This document shows, one piece after another, positions 38,531 through 49,218 of a DNA stretch of 64,000 nt (position 1 is the first letter of the stretch; each line of letters starts with the position of its first letter). A program made the translations under genes and the position numbers. Under the pieces are notes generated by a model. That model had not been told where the DNA came from and ran no database searches. It was given only the letters and a program-made list of their open reading frames with translations. Origin of the DNA: Cyanophyceae cyanobacterium (GTDB lineage: Bacteria; Cyanobacteriota; Cyanobacteriia; Cyanobacteriales; Laspinemataceae); NCBI GenBank assembly GCA_038321985.1, contig JBBQFN010000003.1, positions 320,001-384,000 of the forward strand, written 5' to 3'.

Positions 38531-38878
38531 ATGTCTACAAAGATAACGGAAATTCTCGGCCCGGATGGTGAAACAATCTATATTCAATATGACGATGAAG
38601 ATATAGACGAACTGCGAGCGGTTGGGAATATTGATGATATTAAGGAAAGAACGGAGAAGTTAAAAAGGCTGATGGTGAGTACGGTTCGGGGTTATTCTCA
38701 GATTGTACTGGATGCAGTTAAACAAAGCATGAGTCAACCAGCACCGAGTAAAGTTACTTTGGAATTTGGGTTGCAGGCGGGGGGAGAAACGGGAATCCCC
38801 TTTGTGACGAAGGGATCGGCACAGGCTAATGTGAAAGTTACGATTGAGTGGGAACTTAACACGACCAAAACACCGTAA
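38531..38878 (+). CDS. Trypsin-co-occurring (Trypco1/CU044_2847-like) small protein
   Basis: PSKVTLEFGLQAGGETGIPFVTKGSAQANVKVTIEW motif. GGAGGAG RBS before ATG 38531. Confidence 0.8.
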   Translation: MSTKITEILGPDGETIYIQYDDEDIDELRAVGNIDDIKERTEKLKRLMVSTVRGYSQIVLDAVKQSMSQPAPSKVTLEFGLQAGGETGIPFVTKGSAQANVKVTIEWELNTTKTP

Positions 38879-38893
38879 ATCTGACTGGGAGGG

Positions 38894-41800
38894 ATGGGGA
38901 TGAACGAGTTAGGAATTGATGAGATTCGCGCATCAATGGTGAAAATCTTCGATGGGGAACAACAGAGAATTGTGGGGTCCGGATTTATGATCCGGGGTGA
39001 TGGCTATTTCATCACCTGTCACCATGTTATGTATCTTTTAAACACTATAGAAGTCGAATATCAGGGAACGAGATATTCGGCGCAGTGGTCTGGGGAATTG
39101 TCGAATCCGGAGGTAGATATTGCGATTCTCAAAATTGAGGTGGAAAATGCCCAAGCGGTGACGCTCATCAATCCGGCTAAGTTATCAACATCGGTGACGG
39201 TTTATGGATTTCCGCAATCGAAACAGGAAAAGTTTCGGGAGGGGTTTGATGTTTCCGCCTCGGATATCAAGCAGAGTGCGCCGTTGAATACAGTCTCTAC
39301 CTATCCCACTCGCAGGCCGGATTATAACAATCCTTGGAATGTTCTCCCGCAACCGGAATCAAGTTTTTTATCCCATCGACTGAATGCCAAGGTAGACCCG
39401 GGAACCAGTGGGGGTCCGGTTTTTTCTGAGGAATTGGGCGGCGTGGTGGGGGTGATTCAGTGCAGTAAAAGCGATGAGAGTTATGTGATTCGCTGGGATA
39501 ATCTGACGGCCCAATTAGAGGCCCTGGGGTTAGAACCGCGTCAGAATGCTATTTGTCGGTTTCTGGAGGCGATCGCAACTCAATTCCAGTCTCTGGGGGT
39601 GTTTCACACTCAGCAACCGATTGTTTTAAAGGACCAATATATCCCGATTGAGGTCACCCTGGAACGACGATATCGCCATCAGGTGGAAACGACTTGGGGA
39701 TATGCGGAATCTGAGGTGGAACAGAAACGCGCCTATGCTCTCAAAGGCATTGAGGCAGAATCTCAAGGGCGTGAAAAAGAAGAATTGAGACAAGTGCAAG
39801 TGCCTTGGGAAGAAGCGAAAACGGAACATCAGCGGATGATAGTTTTGGCCGATCCGGGGATGGGAAAATCGACTTTGTTGCAAATGGAAGCGTTCTCGCA
39901 AGCTCGACAGGAACAGCAGAAACTTCGCGAAACCCAGGCGATTGATCGGGTAGTGTTTCCCCTATTTGTACGCCTGTCGGAATTGCAGAACATTGATAAA
40001 GAAATCATTGAGGCGATTCCCCAGTTAATTCAGCGAGACTATCCCAAACACTGGCGAGAGATTGAACCCTTTTTGCGGAAAAAGTTGGAGTTGGGTCAGT
40101 GTTTGTTGCTGTTAGATGCCTTGGATGAAGTGCCAAAGGAGGCTCGAAATTGCTTGCGGGATAAGTTAAACCGCTTTACTCAATTCTATCCCTGTCCCCT
40201 GATTGTCACCTCCCGGATTGTCGGATATGGTGGGGGGTTTGTGGCGGATGCCAAAGAGGTGGAAATTGTCCCGTTTAATCCAAAGCAATTGCAACAGTAT
40301 ATTAAAACCTGGTTTGTCAATGCAGCGGGATATATTCAGGATGAAACAGTTTCCGCCAGCCGTTTGATTGAAGAGTTGCAACGCAGACCTCAAATTCAGG
40401 GGTTAGCCCAAAATCCGCTGTTGTTGTCGTTGATTTGCAGTCTCTATCAAGACAAAAAACTAACTCTCCCGACGCGGCGCGTTCAATTGTATGAAAAAGC
40501 CGTGGAATGTATGCTCAAGGAATGGGGTCACCACAACCGAAAGTCACAATCGGAGGGAAAATTTCTGGCAAAAATTCGGTGTTTAGAAACCGTAGCCTAT
40601 GAGTTTAGCTGCCAAGGGCAAGAGATTTTTACTGACGATGAACTGTATGAGGCGATCGAGCAAGGGAAGAACGCTGTCAGCGATCTCCAAAATTATCCGA
40701 CTTGGGAATTAATGGCGGAACTGACTGAGGAAGATGGCATCATCCAAAAGCTAACCCTTGACAGCAAAAACTATCTGTTTCTACATCGGACGTTTCAGGA
40801 GTATTTCACCGCTGCCTATTTAAAGCGAATCATGGGACGAGATCCACAGCGGGGAATGGATTTAGTTAGAGCGCATTTCTGGGAATATGACTGGCATGAA
40901 ACCTTAACCTTGCTGGCGGGATTGCTCAAAAATCCGATTCCACTTTTGGAAAGGATAACCCAGGAAAAGGATGATATTTTGGGGAGTCTGCTGCTGTTAG
41001 CGGGTCGATGTTTGGCGGAATGCCAGAACCTTTCTCATCCAGTGAGTGAAGCAATCTGCGATCGGCTTTATGAATTGTGGCATCGTTACCCCACTCTCAG
41101 CTTTATCTCTTCAACCGTGGTTACACTGGGCCAAAATAATTCGCATATGTTCCAAAAGTTGCAAAATGCCTGTATTTCCGACTCCGACTCAGATGTCAGA
41201 AGGCAGGCGTTAGAGGTGTTGGAGAAGATTGGTACCCCAGAAACAGTAACAGCGTTAATCGACGCCCTCTGCGCCTCCGACTCTGAGATCAGAAGGTATG
41301 CAGCAATCGCGCTGGAAAAGAGTAGCACCCCAGAAACAGTAACAGCGTTAATCGACGCCCTCTGCGACTCCAACTCGGATGTCAGAAACAACGCGGCAAT
41401 CACGCTTGAGAACATTGGCACCCGAGAAGTAGTAACAGCGTTAATCGATGTCCTCTCCAACTCCAACTCGGATGTCAAAATCTATGCAGCATTGGTACTG
41501 GGGAACATTGGCACCCGAGAAGTAGTAACAGCCTTAATCGATGTGCTCTCCAACTCCGACTCGGATGTCAAAATCTATGCGGCATTGGTACTGGGGAACA
41601 TTGGCACCCGAGAAGTAGTAACAGCCTTAATCGATGTGCTCTCCAACTCCGACTCGGATGTCAGAAACAATGCGGCATGGGCATTGGAGAAGATTCGCAT
41701 CCCAGAAGCAGTAACCGCCTTAGTCCCTGGCCCTTCCCACTCCGACTCGGATGTCAGAAACGATCCGGTAGGGGTGCTAAGGAACATTGGCATCCTAGAA

Positions 41801-42343
41801 GCAGTACCCACCTTAATAACCGCCTTATCCCACTCCAACAGGGATGTCAGAAACAATGCGGCATCAGCCTTGGTGAAGATTGGCACCCCAGAAGCCGTAA
41901 AAGCCTTAATCGCGACCCTCTCCCACTCCAACACAGAGGTCAGAATCTATGCGGCATGGGCGCTGGGTAAAATTGGCACCCCAGAAGCCGTAAAAGCCTT
42001 AATCGCGACCCTCTCCCACTCCAACACAGATGTCAGGTATGATGTCAGATATTATGCGGCATGGGCGCTGGGTAAAATTGGCACCCCAGAAGCCGTAGAA
42101 GCCTTAATCGCGACCCTCTCCCACTCCAACACAGATGTTAGAAGCGATGCGGCACAAGCCTTGAAGAATGTTGATACATTAGACACTTTAAAACAAATTA
42201 TTAGTTCTCCCCTTATCGACGTTTATCAGTCGGATATATTTGAGTTAGTTAGGATGCTTGCTATTCGATATTATAAGCAAAAAGTACCGTTTATTCCCCT
42301 GTATCCGGAGGTAATCGAGTTGGAAAAATCAAACGAGCGTTAA
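38894..42343 (+). CDS. Trypsin-like protease + NACHT NTPase + HEAT-repeat protein (bacterial NLR-like)
   Basis: TCHHV / VDIAIL / GTSGGP catalytic triad; ADPGMGKST Walker A; LLLLDALDE Walker B; TSR, NPLLL and FLHRTFQEY motifs; 31-aa HEAT repeats. Confidence 0.92.
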   Translation: MGMNELGIDEIRASMVKIFDGEQQRIVGSGFMIRGDGYFITCHHVMYLLNTIEVEYQGTRYSAQWSGELSNPEVDIAILKIEVENAQAVTLINPAKLSTSVTVYGFPQSKQEKFREGFDVSASDIKQSAPLNTVSTYPTRRPDYNNPWNVLPQPESSFLSHRLNAKVDPGTSGGPVFSEELGGVVGVIQCSKSDESYVIRWDNLTAQLEALGLEPRQNAICRFLEAIATQFQSLGVFHTQQPIVLKDQYIPIEVTLERRYRHQVETTWGYAESEVEQKRAYALKGIEAESQGREKEELRQVQVPWEEAKTEHQRMIVLADPGMGKSTLLQMEAFSQARQEQQKLRETQAIDRVVFPLFVRLSELQNIDKEIIEAIPQLIQRDYPKHWREIEPFLRKKLELGQCLLLLDALDEVPKEARNCLRDKLNRFTQFYPCPLIVTSRIVGYGGGFVADAKEVEIVPFNPKQLQQYIKTWFVNAAGYIQDETVSASRLIEELQRRPQIQGLAQNPLLLSLICSLYQDKKLTLPTRRVQLYEKAVECMLKEWGHHNRKSQSEGKFLAKIRCLETVAYEFSCQGQEIFTDDELYEAIEQGKNAVSDLQNYPTWELMAELTEEDGIIQKLTLDSKNYLFLHRTFQEYFTAAYLKRIMGRDPQRGMDLVRAHFWEYDWHETLTLLAGLLKNPIPLLERITQEKDDILGSLLLLAGRCLAECQNLSHPVSEAICDRLYELWHRYPTLSFISSTVVTLGQNNSHMFQKLQNACISDSDSDVRRQALEVLEKIGTPETVTALIDALCASDSEIRRYAAIALEKSSTPETVTALIDALCDSNSDVRNNAAITLENIGTREVVTALIDVLSNSNSDVKIYAALVLGNIGTREVVTALIDVLSNSDSDVKIYAALVLGNIGTREVVTALIDVLSNSDSDVRNNAAWALEKIRIPEAVTALVPGPSHSDSDVRNDPVGVLRNIGILEAVPTLITALSHSNRDVRNNAASALVKIGTPEAVKALIATLSHSNTEVRIYAAWALGKIGTPEAVKALIATLSHSNTDVRYDVRYYAAWALGKIGTPEAVEALIATLSHSNTDVRSDAAQALKNVDTLDTLKQIISSPLIDVYQSDIFELVRMLAIRYYKQKVPFIPLYPEVIELEKSNER
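41170..42180 (+). repeat. 93-bp HEAT-coding tandem repeats (about 11 units)
   Basis: SDSDVR..AA.AL..IGT.E.V.ALI unit, with several adjacent copies nearly identical in DNA. Confidence 0.9.
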
Positions 42344-42408
42344 AATACAATTGCTACGACAATTGAGAGACTTTGGCAGAATTTGACGGTTAGATGATGG
42401 GGTTTTAT

Positions 42409-42493
42409 TAGACCTCTTGCAAAATTCTCGCGCATCCCCCCTTAATAACGCCAATCGGTTGGGGGGAGCAATCCTTTTTTTGCAAGAGGTGTA
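42409..42493. mobile_element. Short MITE-like element
   Basis: ACCTCTTGCAAAA (42412-42424) and TTTTGCAAGAGGT (42478-42490) form a perfect 13-bp inverted repeat. Confidence 0.6.
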
Positions 42494-42565
42494 TTTTACT
42501 ACGCCCAGGGGAGGGGACCGGAGATGGATTTGGGTAGCCTCAACGTGGGGACCCCACCCTGGATT

Positions 42566-42666
42566 AGAAACCTGGTTTCTCTCCCTCCAGCAACGGACTC
42601 AGAAACCGGGTTTCTGCGTCCATCAGGAGCATTCTCACCTCAATTTGGAAAAGAAACCCGGTTTCT
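42566..42666 (+). repeat. Double-palindrome cassette-boundary element plus a half-site
   Basis: Palindromes at 42566, 42601 and 42652. Confidence 0.85.
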
Positions 42667-42687
42667 CGACTTCGAGGGGAAAGCTGT

Positions 42688-43116
42688 TCATCCCTTTGCT
42701 TCCCACGGATTAACCAAATCAATTCCACAATCTAAAAAGTCGCGGGTGTTACGGGTGGCTAATGTTGCTTGGTGAACTCGGCAAATGGCTGCTATTTGTG
42801 CATCAAATTGCGAGATGGGGCGACCGAGTTTTTTGCGGTAAGCTGCTATTTGGGAATAAAGTTCAGCGGCTTTTTGATCGAATGCTAAAATTCGCTCGCC
42901 CAAGTAATGCTCAAAGACAATCAATGCTCCGTCGAGCAATTTCTGTCGTCGCTGTCCTTGTGGGAGAATTTGAATACCATACAGAATTTCGGCTTGGGTA
43001 ATGCTAGTTGTGTACAGTGATACACCCTTTTGGCTAACTAACCATTCGCGGATGATGCTGGAACCCATCGGCTGAATGAGTTCCGAAATGACGTTGGTAT
43101 CGAGAATGATTTTCAT
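42688..43116 (-). CDS. vapC: VapC/FitB-like PIN toxin
   Basis: IILDTNVISE, ITQAEI, FDAQIAAI and ATRNTRDF motifs. Confidence 0.93.
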   Translation of the reverse strand: MKIILDTNVISELIQPMGSSIIREWLVSQKGVSLYTTSITQAEILYGIQILPQGQRRQKLLDGALIVFEHYLGERILAFDQKAAELYSQIAAYRKKLGRPISQFDAQIAAICRVHQATLATRNTRDFLDCGIDLVNPWEAKG

Positions 43117-43373
43117 CGATCGCCAAACAGGGTTTCGTCAACTCGGATGGATTCCCGTGGCTGGATTGGAATTTCGCAGTCTTTGATCGCACTGAAGTAT
43201 CGCTCAAAGACTGCGATGAGCCACTGGCCCTCGTTTTCAAAGTTGTCGGGTTGAAGTTCTGGGTCTGGCTTGTAAGGGGTGGGGTGCAGTTCGCGATCGA
43301 GAAGCTGAAACAGTTTTTGCTTGTCCGTCAGGTTGAGTTGCTCAATGTCTGGCAAGAGTTCATTGAGGGTCAT
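43113..43373 (-). CDS. Putative cognate antitoxin
   Basis: 86-aa gene upstream of vapC with an ATGA overlap. Confidence 0.75.
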   Translation of the reverse strand: MTLNELLPDIEQLNLTDKQKLFQLLDRELHPTPYKPDPELQPDNFENEGQWLIAVFERYFSAIKDCEIPIQPRESIRVDETLFGDR

Positions 43374-43517
43374 GTCTAGCTCCTGTTGTATTGTATCTAC
43401 CGTTTGGTCAAAGTTTAGGGGTCAGGTTTCCAATTCAGGGTGATTTCTAGCAGGGTTTTATCCTGCGAGTTATTATATTTTATCAAGAGGAATTGAGATG
43501 TTCCCGTGGGGTAGGTT

Positions 43518-44747
43518 TCAAAATTCCTGATTTTCTTCTTCCTCAAAATCCTGGTATAATTGTTCTAAATTTTGATGTTCAAACCGTCGAGAAATTCGCC
43601 GATACTTTTTAGATTCTAATTTCGGCTCATTTTGTTCGGTTCCTTTGCCTTTGCTTTTCAGTTTCATGCTGGATTCGGGATTGCTTTGTTGGGAGAGGAT
43701 GTCTTCATAGATAATTGCCTCTTCCAGAAACTCTAAATAATCGTCGTACCGTTCCCAGTCTCCACTCACTACACAGTTGGGTTCGTCCCGATGTAAGCAG
43801 TCACTAAACTGACAGGTTCCCTCTTGCAGGCGTTGGCGCGCTTCGGGGAAATAGTCGGCTAATTCTCGCGCCGGAAAGTCGAGGTTGGGTTGATTGAATC
43901 CGGGGGAGTCGGCAAGGAGTCCTCCGGTGGGGAGATCAAATAATTCCACATGGCGGGTGGTGTGGCGTCCTCGTCCGAGTTTGCCGGAAACATCGCCGAC
44001 GCGCAGGGTGGCGAAGGGGATAAGTTGGTTAATTAAGCTGGATTTGCCGACGCCGGAAGGACCGGAAATTAAGGTGATTTTATCTTTGAGCCGATCGCGC
44101 ACAGCATCAATCCCAACTCCGGTTTCTACACTAATAAATAACGGTTGATATCCCCAACTTTCTAACCGTTCTTGCCACTCAATTCGCTCTTGTTCTGAGA
44201 CTAAATCGGTTTTATTTAAACATAACAAAACCGATAACCCGGTAGATTCAGCTTTGACTAAGAAGCGGGTGAGTTGATGAGGGTCGAGGGTGGGTTCTTC
44301 TATGGCGAAGACGAGGAGCACTTGGTTGGCATTGGCGATCGCCGGACGATCCAGTTCCGTTCGTCGGGGGAAGACTTCGGAGACTGCACCTCTGCCGCCT
44401 TCCCAATCCGGTTCTTCTATCACCACCCGATCGCCTACCATCACCTGCTGCCCGATTTTTTTCAAGCGCGATCGCCGGGTACAAAGCAGGGTGGAAGCTT
44501 TCGTAACTGCTGGATCTAACTGGACTCGATAGTAATTCGCCTGGACTGCTACCACAGTGCCGGTGACGAGGAGTTCAGAATCCGAAGAAGTCACCGGGGA
44601 AGGTAACTCCGGGCGATCGCCCGTTAGGGATACATTCCCGGAGTCGGGATTCCCTCCCCTTATCCCTGAATCTACGTCTTCCGGAGGGCGATCGCCGGAC
44701 GGAGTGACACCGGCGAGGGTCTGTGTTTCATCTTTGCCGTTACTCAT
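43518..44747 (-). CDS. rsgA: Small ribosomal subunit biogenesis GTPase RsgA
   Basis: NKTD, GPSGVGKSS, GRHTT, DSPG and CQFSDCLHRDEPNC motifs. Confidence 0.96.
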   Translation of the reverse strand: MSNGKDETQTLAGVTPSGDRPPEDVDSGIRGGNPDSGNVSLTGDRPELPSPVTSSDSELLVTGTVVAVQANYYRVQLDPAVTKASTLLCTRRSRLKKIGQQVMVGDRVVIEEPDWEGGRGAVSEVFPRRTELDRPAIANANQVLLVFAIEEPTLDPHQLTRFLVKAESTGLSVLLCLNKTDLVSEQERIEWQERLESWGYQPLFISVETGVGIDAVRDRLKDKITLISGPSGVGKSSLINQLIPFATLRVGDVSGKLGRGRHTTRHVELFDLPTGGLLADSPGFNQPNLDFPARELADYFPEARQRLQEGTCQFSDCLHRDEPNCVVSGDWERYDDYLEFLEEAIIYEDILSQQSNPESSMKLKSKGKGTEQNEPKLESKKYRRISRRFEHQNLEQLYQDFEEEENQEF

Positions 44748-45004
44748 GCAGAATTTGCCGCACGTCGAACTTGAATTGCAAAAAACCCGCCTCGGTCCTC
44801 AATCAATTCCATGTGATGTCCATCCATCACTAAACTATCGGGCACCTGTTCGATCGGTTCCCCGGGGTCTAGCCAGACTTCGAGCACTTCCCCGGGATTC
44901 ATTTTATCCAAGCGCAGTTTAGTGCGGACAAAATTCATCGGACAAGGAGTGCCGCGTAAATCCAGAGTCGGGTAAGTGGGTTCAGGTATAGAATTTTGGG
45001 TCAC
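44744..45004 (-). CDS. Sulfurtransferase TusA/SirA family protein
   Basis: LDLRGTPCP motif. Confidence 0.9.
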   Translation of the reverse strand: MTQNSIPEPTYPTLDLRGTPCPMNFVRTKLRLDKMNPGEVLEVWLDPGEPIEQVPDSLVMDGHHMELIEDRGGFFAIQVRRAANSA

Positions 45005-46134
45005 TTGTTGAACAACTCCCCTAAAAATCCTTTCCCCCCTTTACCAATGCGATCGCCTTTCAGTTTTGCCAACTGTTCCAGCAATGTCCGTTCTTCGGTG
45101 CTCAACTTGGTGGGAATATCAATCCCTACTGAAATCAGATGGTCCCCGCGTACTGCCGGATTCCCTAACTTAGGAACTCCTTTCCCCTCTAACTTCATCA
45201 CCGTATTCGGTTGAGTTCCGGTCGGAATTAGCAATTCCGTCGGTCCATCCACCGTATTCACATCCAGACGACATCCTAAAATAGCCTGGAGATAACTTAC
45301 CTTAATTTCCGAGAGGATATTAATATTGTCGCGCTGAAACTCCGCGTCTTCATTTACGAACAAATAAACGTACAAATCCCCCGACGGACCGCCCTTTGCA
45401 CCGGCATCTCCTTCGGCGGAAACCCGCAAGCGAGTCCCATTATCTACCCCAGGCGGGACATTAATTTTGAGTTTCTTCGTCTCTTGTTTCACCCCAGCCC
45501 CACTACAGGCTTCGCATTTATCCTCAATGGTTTCTCCAGTGCCGTTACAGGTGGGACAAACCGAGACTTGAGTGAAACTGCCAAAGGGGGTACGGGTAGC
45601 ACGGCGGACCTGTCCAGCCCCGTTACAGGTGGGACAGGTGCGAGGACGGGTTCCGGGTTTGGCCCCGCTTCCGACACAGACGCCACAGGTTTCTAGATGA
45701 GAAATGCGAATTTCTTTTTCGCCGCCAAAGATAGCTTCGCGAAAATCCAGTTTCAGGTCGAGGCGGAGGTCGTCGCCACGAACAGGCCCGCCTCGTCTGC
45801 GGCCCTGTTGACCGGGAACTCCACCGCCTGCAAACCCACTGAAAAAGCTTTCAAAGATGTCGGCAAAGCCCATATCGCCCATGTCACCGAATCCTGGCCC
45901 GCCGCCAGCACCGGAACTGACTCCGGCTTCACCAAATCGGTCATAACGAGCGCGGACTTCAGGTTCGCTCAGAATTTCGTAAGCGTGATTGATTTCTTTG
46001 AAGCGCTCTTCAGCGCCCTCTTCTTTATTAACATCTGGGTGATATTTTCGCGCTAACCGGCGGTAGGCACGTTTAATCTCCTCTTTGTCGGCAGTGCGAG
46101 CAACACCTAGAATTTCATAGTAATCGCGGGCCAT
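45001..46134 (-). CDS. dnaJ: Chaperone DnaJ
   Basis: J domain with HPD, G/F region and four CxxCxGxG repeats. Confidence 0.98.
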   Translation of the reverse strand: MARDYYEILGVARTADKEEIKRAYRRLARKYHPDVNKEEGAEERFKEINHAYEILSEPEVRARYDRFGEAGVSSGAGGGPGFGDMGDMGFADIFESFFSGFAGGGVPGQQGRRRGGPVRGDDLRLDLKLDFREAIFGGEKEIRISHLETCGVCVGSGAKPGTRPRTCPTCNGAGQVRRATRTPFGSFTQVSVCPTCNGTGETIEDKCEACSGAGVKQETKKLKINVPPGVDNGTRLRVSAEGDAGAKGGPSGDLYVYLFVNEDAEFQRDNINILSEIKVSYLQAILGCRLDVNTVDGPTELLIPTGTQPNTVMKLEGKGVPKLGNPAVRGDHLISVGIDIPTKLSTEERTLLEQLAKLKGDRIGKGGKGFLGELFNK

Positions 46135-46379
46135 AGAGCGCTTCTGGTAAAAATAAAATACAAAAGGGACGCAAGGAATGAACTTTCATTTGGGTAGCAG
46201 TGGCGAGGGCGACAACCCCTGAAAGTATGGGGTTGGCGATCGCTGGGGAGAGGTCGGCGATAGGCCAACAAAACCCAGAAATAGATGAGGTTGGCGATCG
46301 CTGCCCCAGGGGCGGATATTTCCCTAAATTCAGGGAAACAACAGATAATTCCCTTTTAAGTCTACTGACCTAAAGGGAT

Positions 46380-48236
46380 TTACTCCGATGTACTGGCCTC
46401 TTCTTTTTCCTCTTCCTCGGAGGAGTTAGATTGCTGATAAACAGCAATCCCCACCGAGAACAGAGTTTCTTGGAATGCGGACATTCGCTGTTTGAGGTCT
46501 TCAACCTCAATGTTTTTATTTTCGAGCGCTGCTTTTAGCTGTTTCGCTCTCTCCTTGAGTTCTGCCTTGAGCTCATCGCTCAACAGAGCCATGTTATCTT
46601 TCAAGGTCGCTTTATAATTATAGAACAGGCTTTCAGCCTGGTTTTTAATTTCTACGACTTGTTTGCGATAGCGGTCTTCGTCGGCATATTTTTCGGCATC
46701 TTGACGCATTTTCTCGATTTCTTGATCGCTCAAACCACCGGTGCTTGTGATTTGGATGCTTTGGGCGCGTTCGGTGCCCTTGTCTGTGGCGGCGACATTG
46801 AGAATGCCATTAGCATCAATTTCAAAGGAGACTTCGATTTGAGGAACGCCTCGGGGTGCGGGGGGCAGTTTATCCAGAATGAAGTTCCCCAGGCTTTTAT
46901 TATCTTTGACCATTGCCCGTTCCCCTTGCAGGACATGAATTTCCACTTCCCGTTGTCCATCGGTGGCAGTGGAGAAAGTTTGAGCGCGGCTGGTAGGAAT
47001 GGTTGTGTTGCGATCGATGATTTTGGTAAAGACACCGCCCAGGGTTTCGATGCCCAGGGATAAAGGGGTCACGTCTAATAAGAGGACGTCTTGAACTTCG
47101 CCACCGAGGACCCCGGCTTGGATACCGGCCCCGATCGCCACAGCTTCATCTGGATTCACGGTGCGATCGGGTTCTTTGCCCCCAAAATAGTCACTAATAG
47201 CTTTTTGAACCGCTGGAATCCGAGTCGAACCCCCGACTAAAATAATCCGGTCTATTTCCTCGATACTCAGGGTGCTATCTTTAATCGCCTGGGCCACAGG
47301 TTCTAAGGTCCGTTTCACCAATTCGCTGACGAGCTTTTCAAAGTCCCCTCGCGTCAGGTCCATTTCCAGGTGTTTCGGTCCAGTTTCGTCGGCGCTAATA
47401 AAGGGGAGGTTAATCGCGCAACTCTCCCGGGTTGAGAGTTCGATTTTGGCTTTTTCTGCGGCTTCACGAATCCGCTGAATCGCCATTTTATCTACCGATA
47501 GATCGATCCCCTCGTTGATCCGAAATTGTTCGACCATCCATTTGACGAGGGTGGTATCAAAGTCATCCCCACCGAGGTGATTATTGCCCGAGGTGGATTT
47601 AACTTCAAAGATGCCGTCCCCAAGTTGGAGAATGGAGACATCAAAGGTGCCTCCTCCCAAGTCAAAGACGAGAATGGTTTGGTCTTGTCCTTGTTTATCT
47701 AAACCGTAGGAGAGGGCCGCAGCGGTGGGCTCATTGATAATCCGCAGCACTTCTAATCCGGCGATCGTGCCTGCATCTTTAGTCGCTTGGCGTTGGGCGT
47801 CGGTAAAGTAAGCCGGGACCGTAATCACCGCTTGGGTGACTTGTTCTCCGAGATAGGCTTCCGCATCCTCTTTAAGCTTTTGCAGGATCATGGCCGAAAT
47901 TTCCTGGGGTGTGTAGGTGGTGCCCCGGATTTTCACATCAACGGTTTCGTCTCTGCCTTTAACGCAGGCGTAAGGAACTCGGGATCGTTCTTCTTCTGTG
48001 TCTTCCCAGCGACGACCGATAAAGCGTTTGATACTGTAAACGGTATTTTCGGCGTTGGTGACGGCTTGGCGTTTGGCAAGTTGTCCGACCACCCGCGAGC
48101 CATTTTTGGCAATTCCAACAATACTCGGGGTGGTGCGTCCGCCTTCGGTATTGCTAATCACGTTGGGTTTACCGCCCTCTAAGACAGCAACACAACTATT
48201 GGTGGTCCCGAGGTCAATTCCGATGACTTTTCCCAT
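46380..48236 (-). CDS. dnaK: Chaperone DnaK
   Basis: [16 protein letters not shown] and DLGGGTFD motifs. Confidence 0.98.
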   Translation of the reverse strand: MGKVIGIDLGTTNSCVAVLEGGKPNVISNTEGGRTTPSIVGIAKNGSRVVGQLAKRQAVTNAENTVYSIKRFIGRRWEDTEEERSRVPYACVKGRDETVDVKIRGTTYTPQEISAMILQKLKEDAEAYLGEQVTQAVITVPAYFTDAQRQATKDAGTIAGLEVLRIINEPTAAALSYGLDKQGQDQTILVFDLGGGTFDVSILQLGDGIFEVKSTSGNNHLGGDDFDTTLVKWMVEQFRINEGIDLSVDKMAIQRIREAAEKAKIELSTRESCAINLPFISADETGPKHLEMDLTRGDFEKLVSELVKRTLEPVAQAIKDSTLSIEEIDRIILVGGSTRIPAVQKAISDYFGGKEPDRTVNPDEAVAIGAGIQAGVLGGEVQDVLLLDVTPLSLGIETLGGVFTKIIDRNTTIPTSRAQTFSTATDGQREVEIHVLQGERAMVKDNKSLGNFILDKLPPAPRGVPQIEVSFEIDANGILNVAATDKGTERAQSIQITSTGGLSDQEIEKMRQDAEKYADEDRYRKQVVEIKNQAESLFYNYKATLKDNMALLSDELKAELKERAKQLKAALENKNIEVEDLKQRMSAFQETLFSVGIAVYQQSNSSEEEEKEEASTSE

Positions 48237-48391
48237 AGCGGTTCGGCGGTTAAAGTGTGGGTGGCAATTGGGGGTAACGCTTCCAGTCGCGAAAGGGGGT
48301 TCGGACAGGTTGGGTTTAGGATACCCGGTTTGTAGCAGAGATTGAACCGGCGATCGGGCGACTGAGGATGCCGCCGATCGCGAGGGTTTCC

Positions 48392-49165
48392 TCAGTCTTG
48401 AGGACTATCAGGGGTTTCTGTACCTTGAGGTTCTTCCCCTTCTTCTGGTGCAGCGGCAACTTTGACCAGTGCGTGTCGCAAGACGCGATCGCCAAGCATA
48501 TAACCCCGCCGGAATTCATCCGTAACAATCCCTTCGGCATACTCGCTAGTGGGTTCTCGCATCACCGCTTCGTGGAAATTCGGGTCGAATTCTTCTCCCT
48601 TGGGATACATGGCGGAGACGCCGATGCGTTTGAGGCTATCTACCATCTGCTTATAAACGCTGAGGTAGCTTTTATGAAGGTTCATTTCCCCATCATTTTG
48701 GGGCTTAATTTGTTCTTTGGCCCGCTCGAAGTTATCTACGACGGCTAAAATTTCACGAATGGTGGAGCATTTAGCCTGGATTTCTAGTTCGAGCTTTTCT
48801 TTTTGAGTGCGCTTGCGGAAGTTGTCAAAATCCGCCGCTAGCCTTGCATATTGACTTTTTAATTCTTCTAACTGACTACTAAATGCCTGATTGGCTTGGA
48901 CCAAGGCTTCCATTGCCATGTACTCTTCCGGACTGGCTGCCGGTGAGGGGGCTTCGTAAGGAGCCGGAGTAGGTTCCATTCTTTCAGTGGCCGTATCCTC
49001 TTCTACCCGGGTTTCCCCAGGGGCGTCCTTCACGGTCCCTTGATGACCCCATTCGTCCGAAGCGATCGCCTCGGAGGGGTCATCACCGGAATTGGATGCT
49101 CCGCCCGAGTTTTCCGCTGCCCATTCTGTTTGCATTTTTTCTTGCTGCTTTTGTTCTTCTGTCAT
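48392..49165 (-). CDS. grpE: Nucleotide exchange factor GrpE
   Basis: [17 protein letters not shown] and GY...[10 protein letters not shown] motifs. Confidence 0.96.
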   Translation of the reverse strand: MTEEQKQQEKMQTEWAAENSGGASNSGDDPSEAIASDEWGHQGTVKDAPGETRVEEDTATERMEPTPAPYEAPSPAASPEEYMAMEALVQANQAFSSQLEELKSQYARLAADFDNFRKRTQKEKLELEIQAKCSTIREILAVVDNFERAKEQIKPQNDGEMNLHKSYLSVYKQMVDSLKRIGVSAMYPKGEEFDPNFHEAVMREPTSEYAEGIVTDEFRRGYMLGDRVLRHALVKVAAAPEEGEEPQGTETPDSPQD

Positions 49166-49186
49166 CTAGAGCCTCCTTGGACATTT

Positions 49187-49218
49187 GGAAACCCCGCGTC
49201 TTGAGACCGGGGAGGAAA
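49187..49218. mobile_element. Possible IS200/IS605-family end hairpin remnant
   Basis: GGAAACCCCGCGTCTTGAGACCGGGGAGG resembles IS200/IS605 subterminal hairpins. No tnpA/tnpB/iscB gene nearby. Confidence 0.4.

Noticed and set aside
42417..42775. Short plus-strand ORFs containing KPGF/ETRFL motifs
   Set aside because: Translations of the AGAAACCCGGTTTCT repeat.
43518..49165. grpE-dnaK-dnaJ-tusA-rsgA as a novel association
   Set aside because: This is a commonly seen cyanobacterial gene order. No CIRCE element was found upstream.
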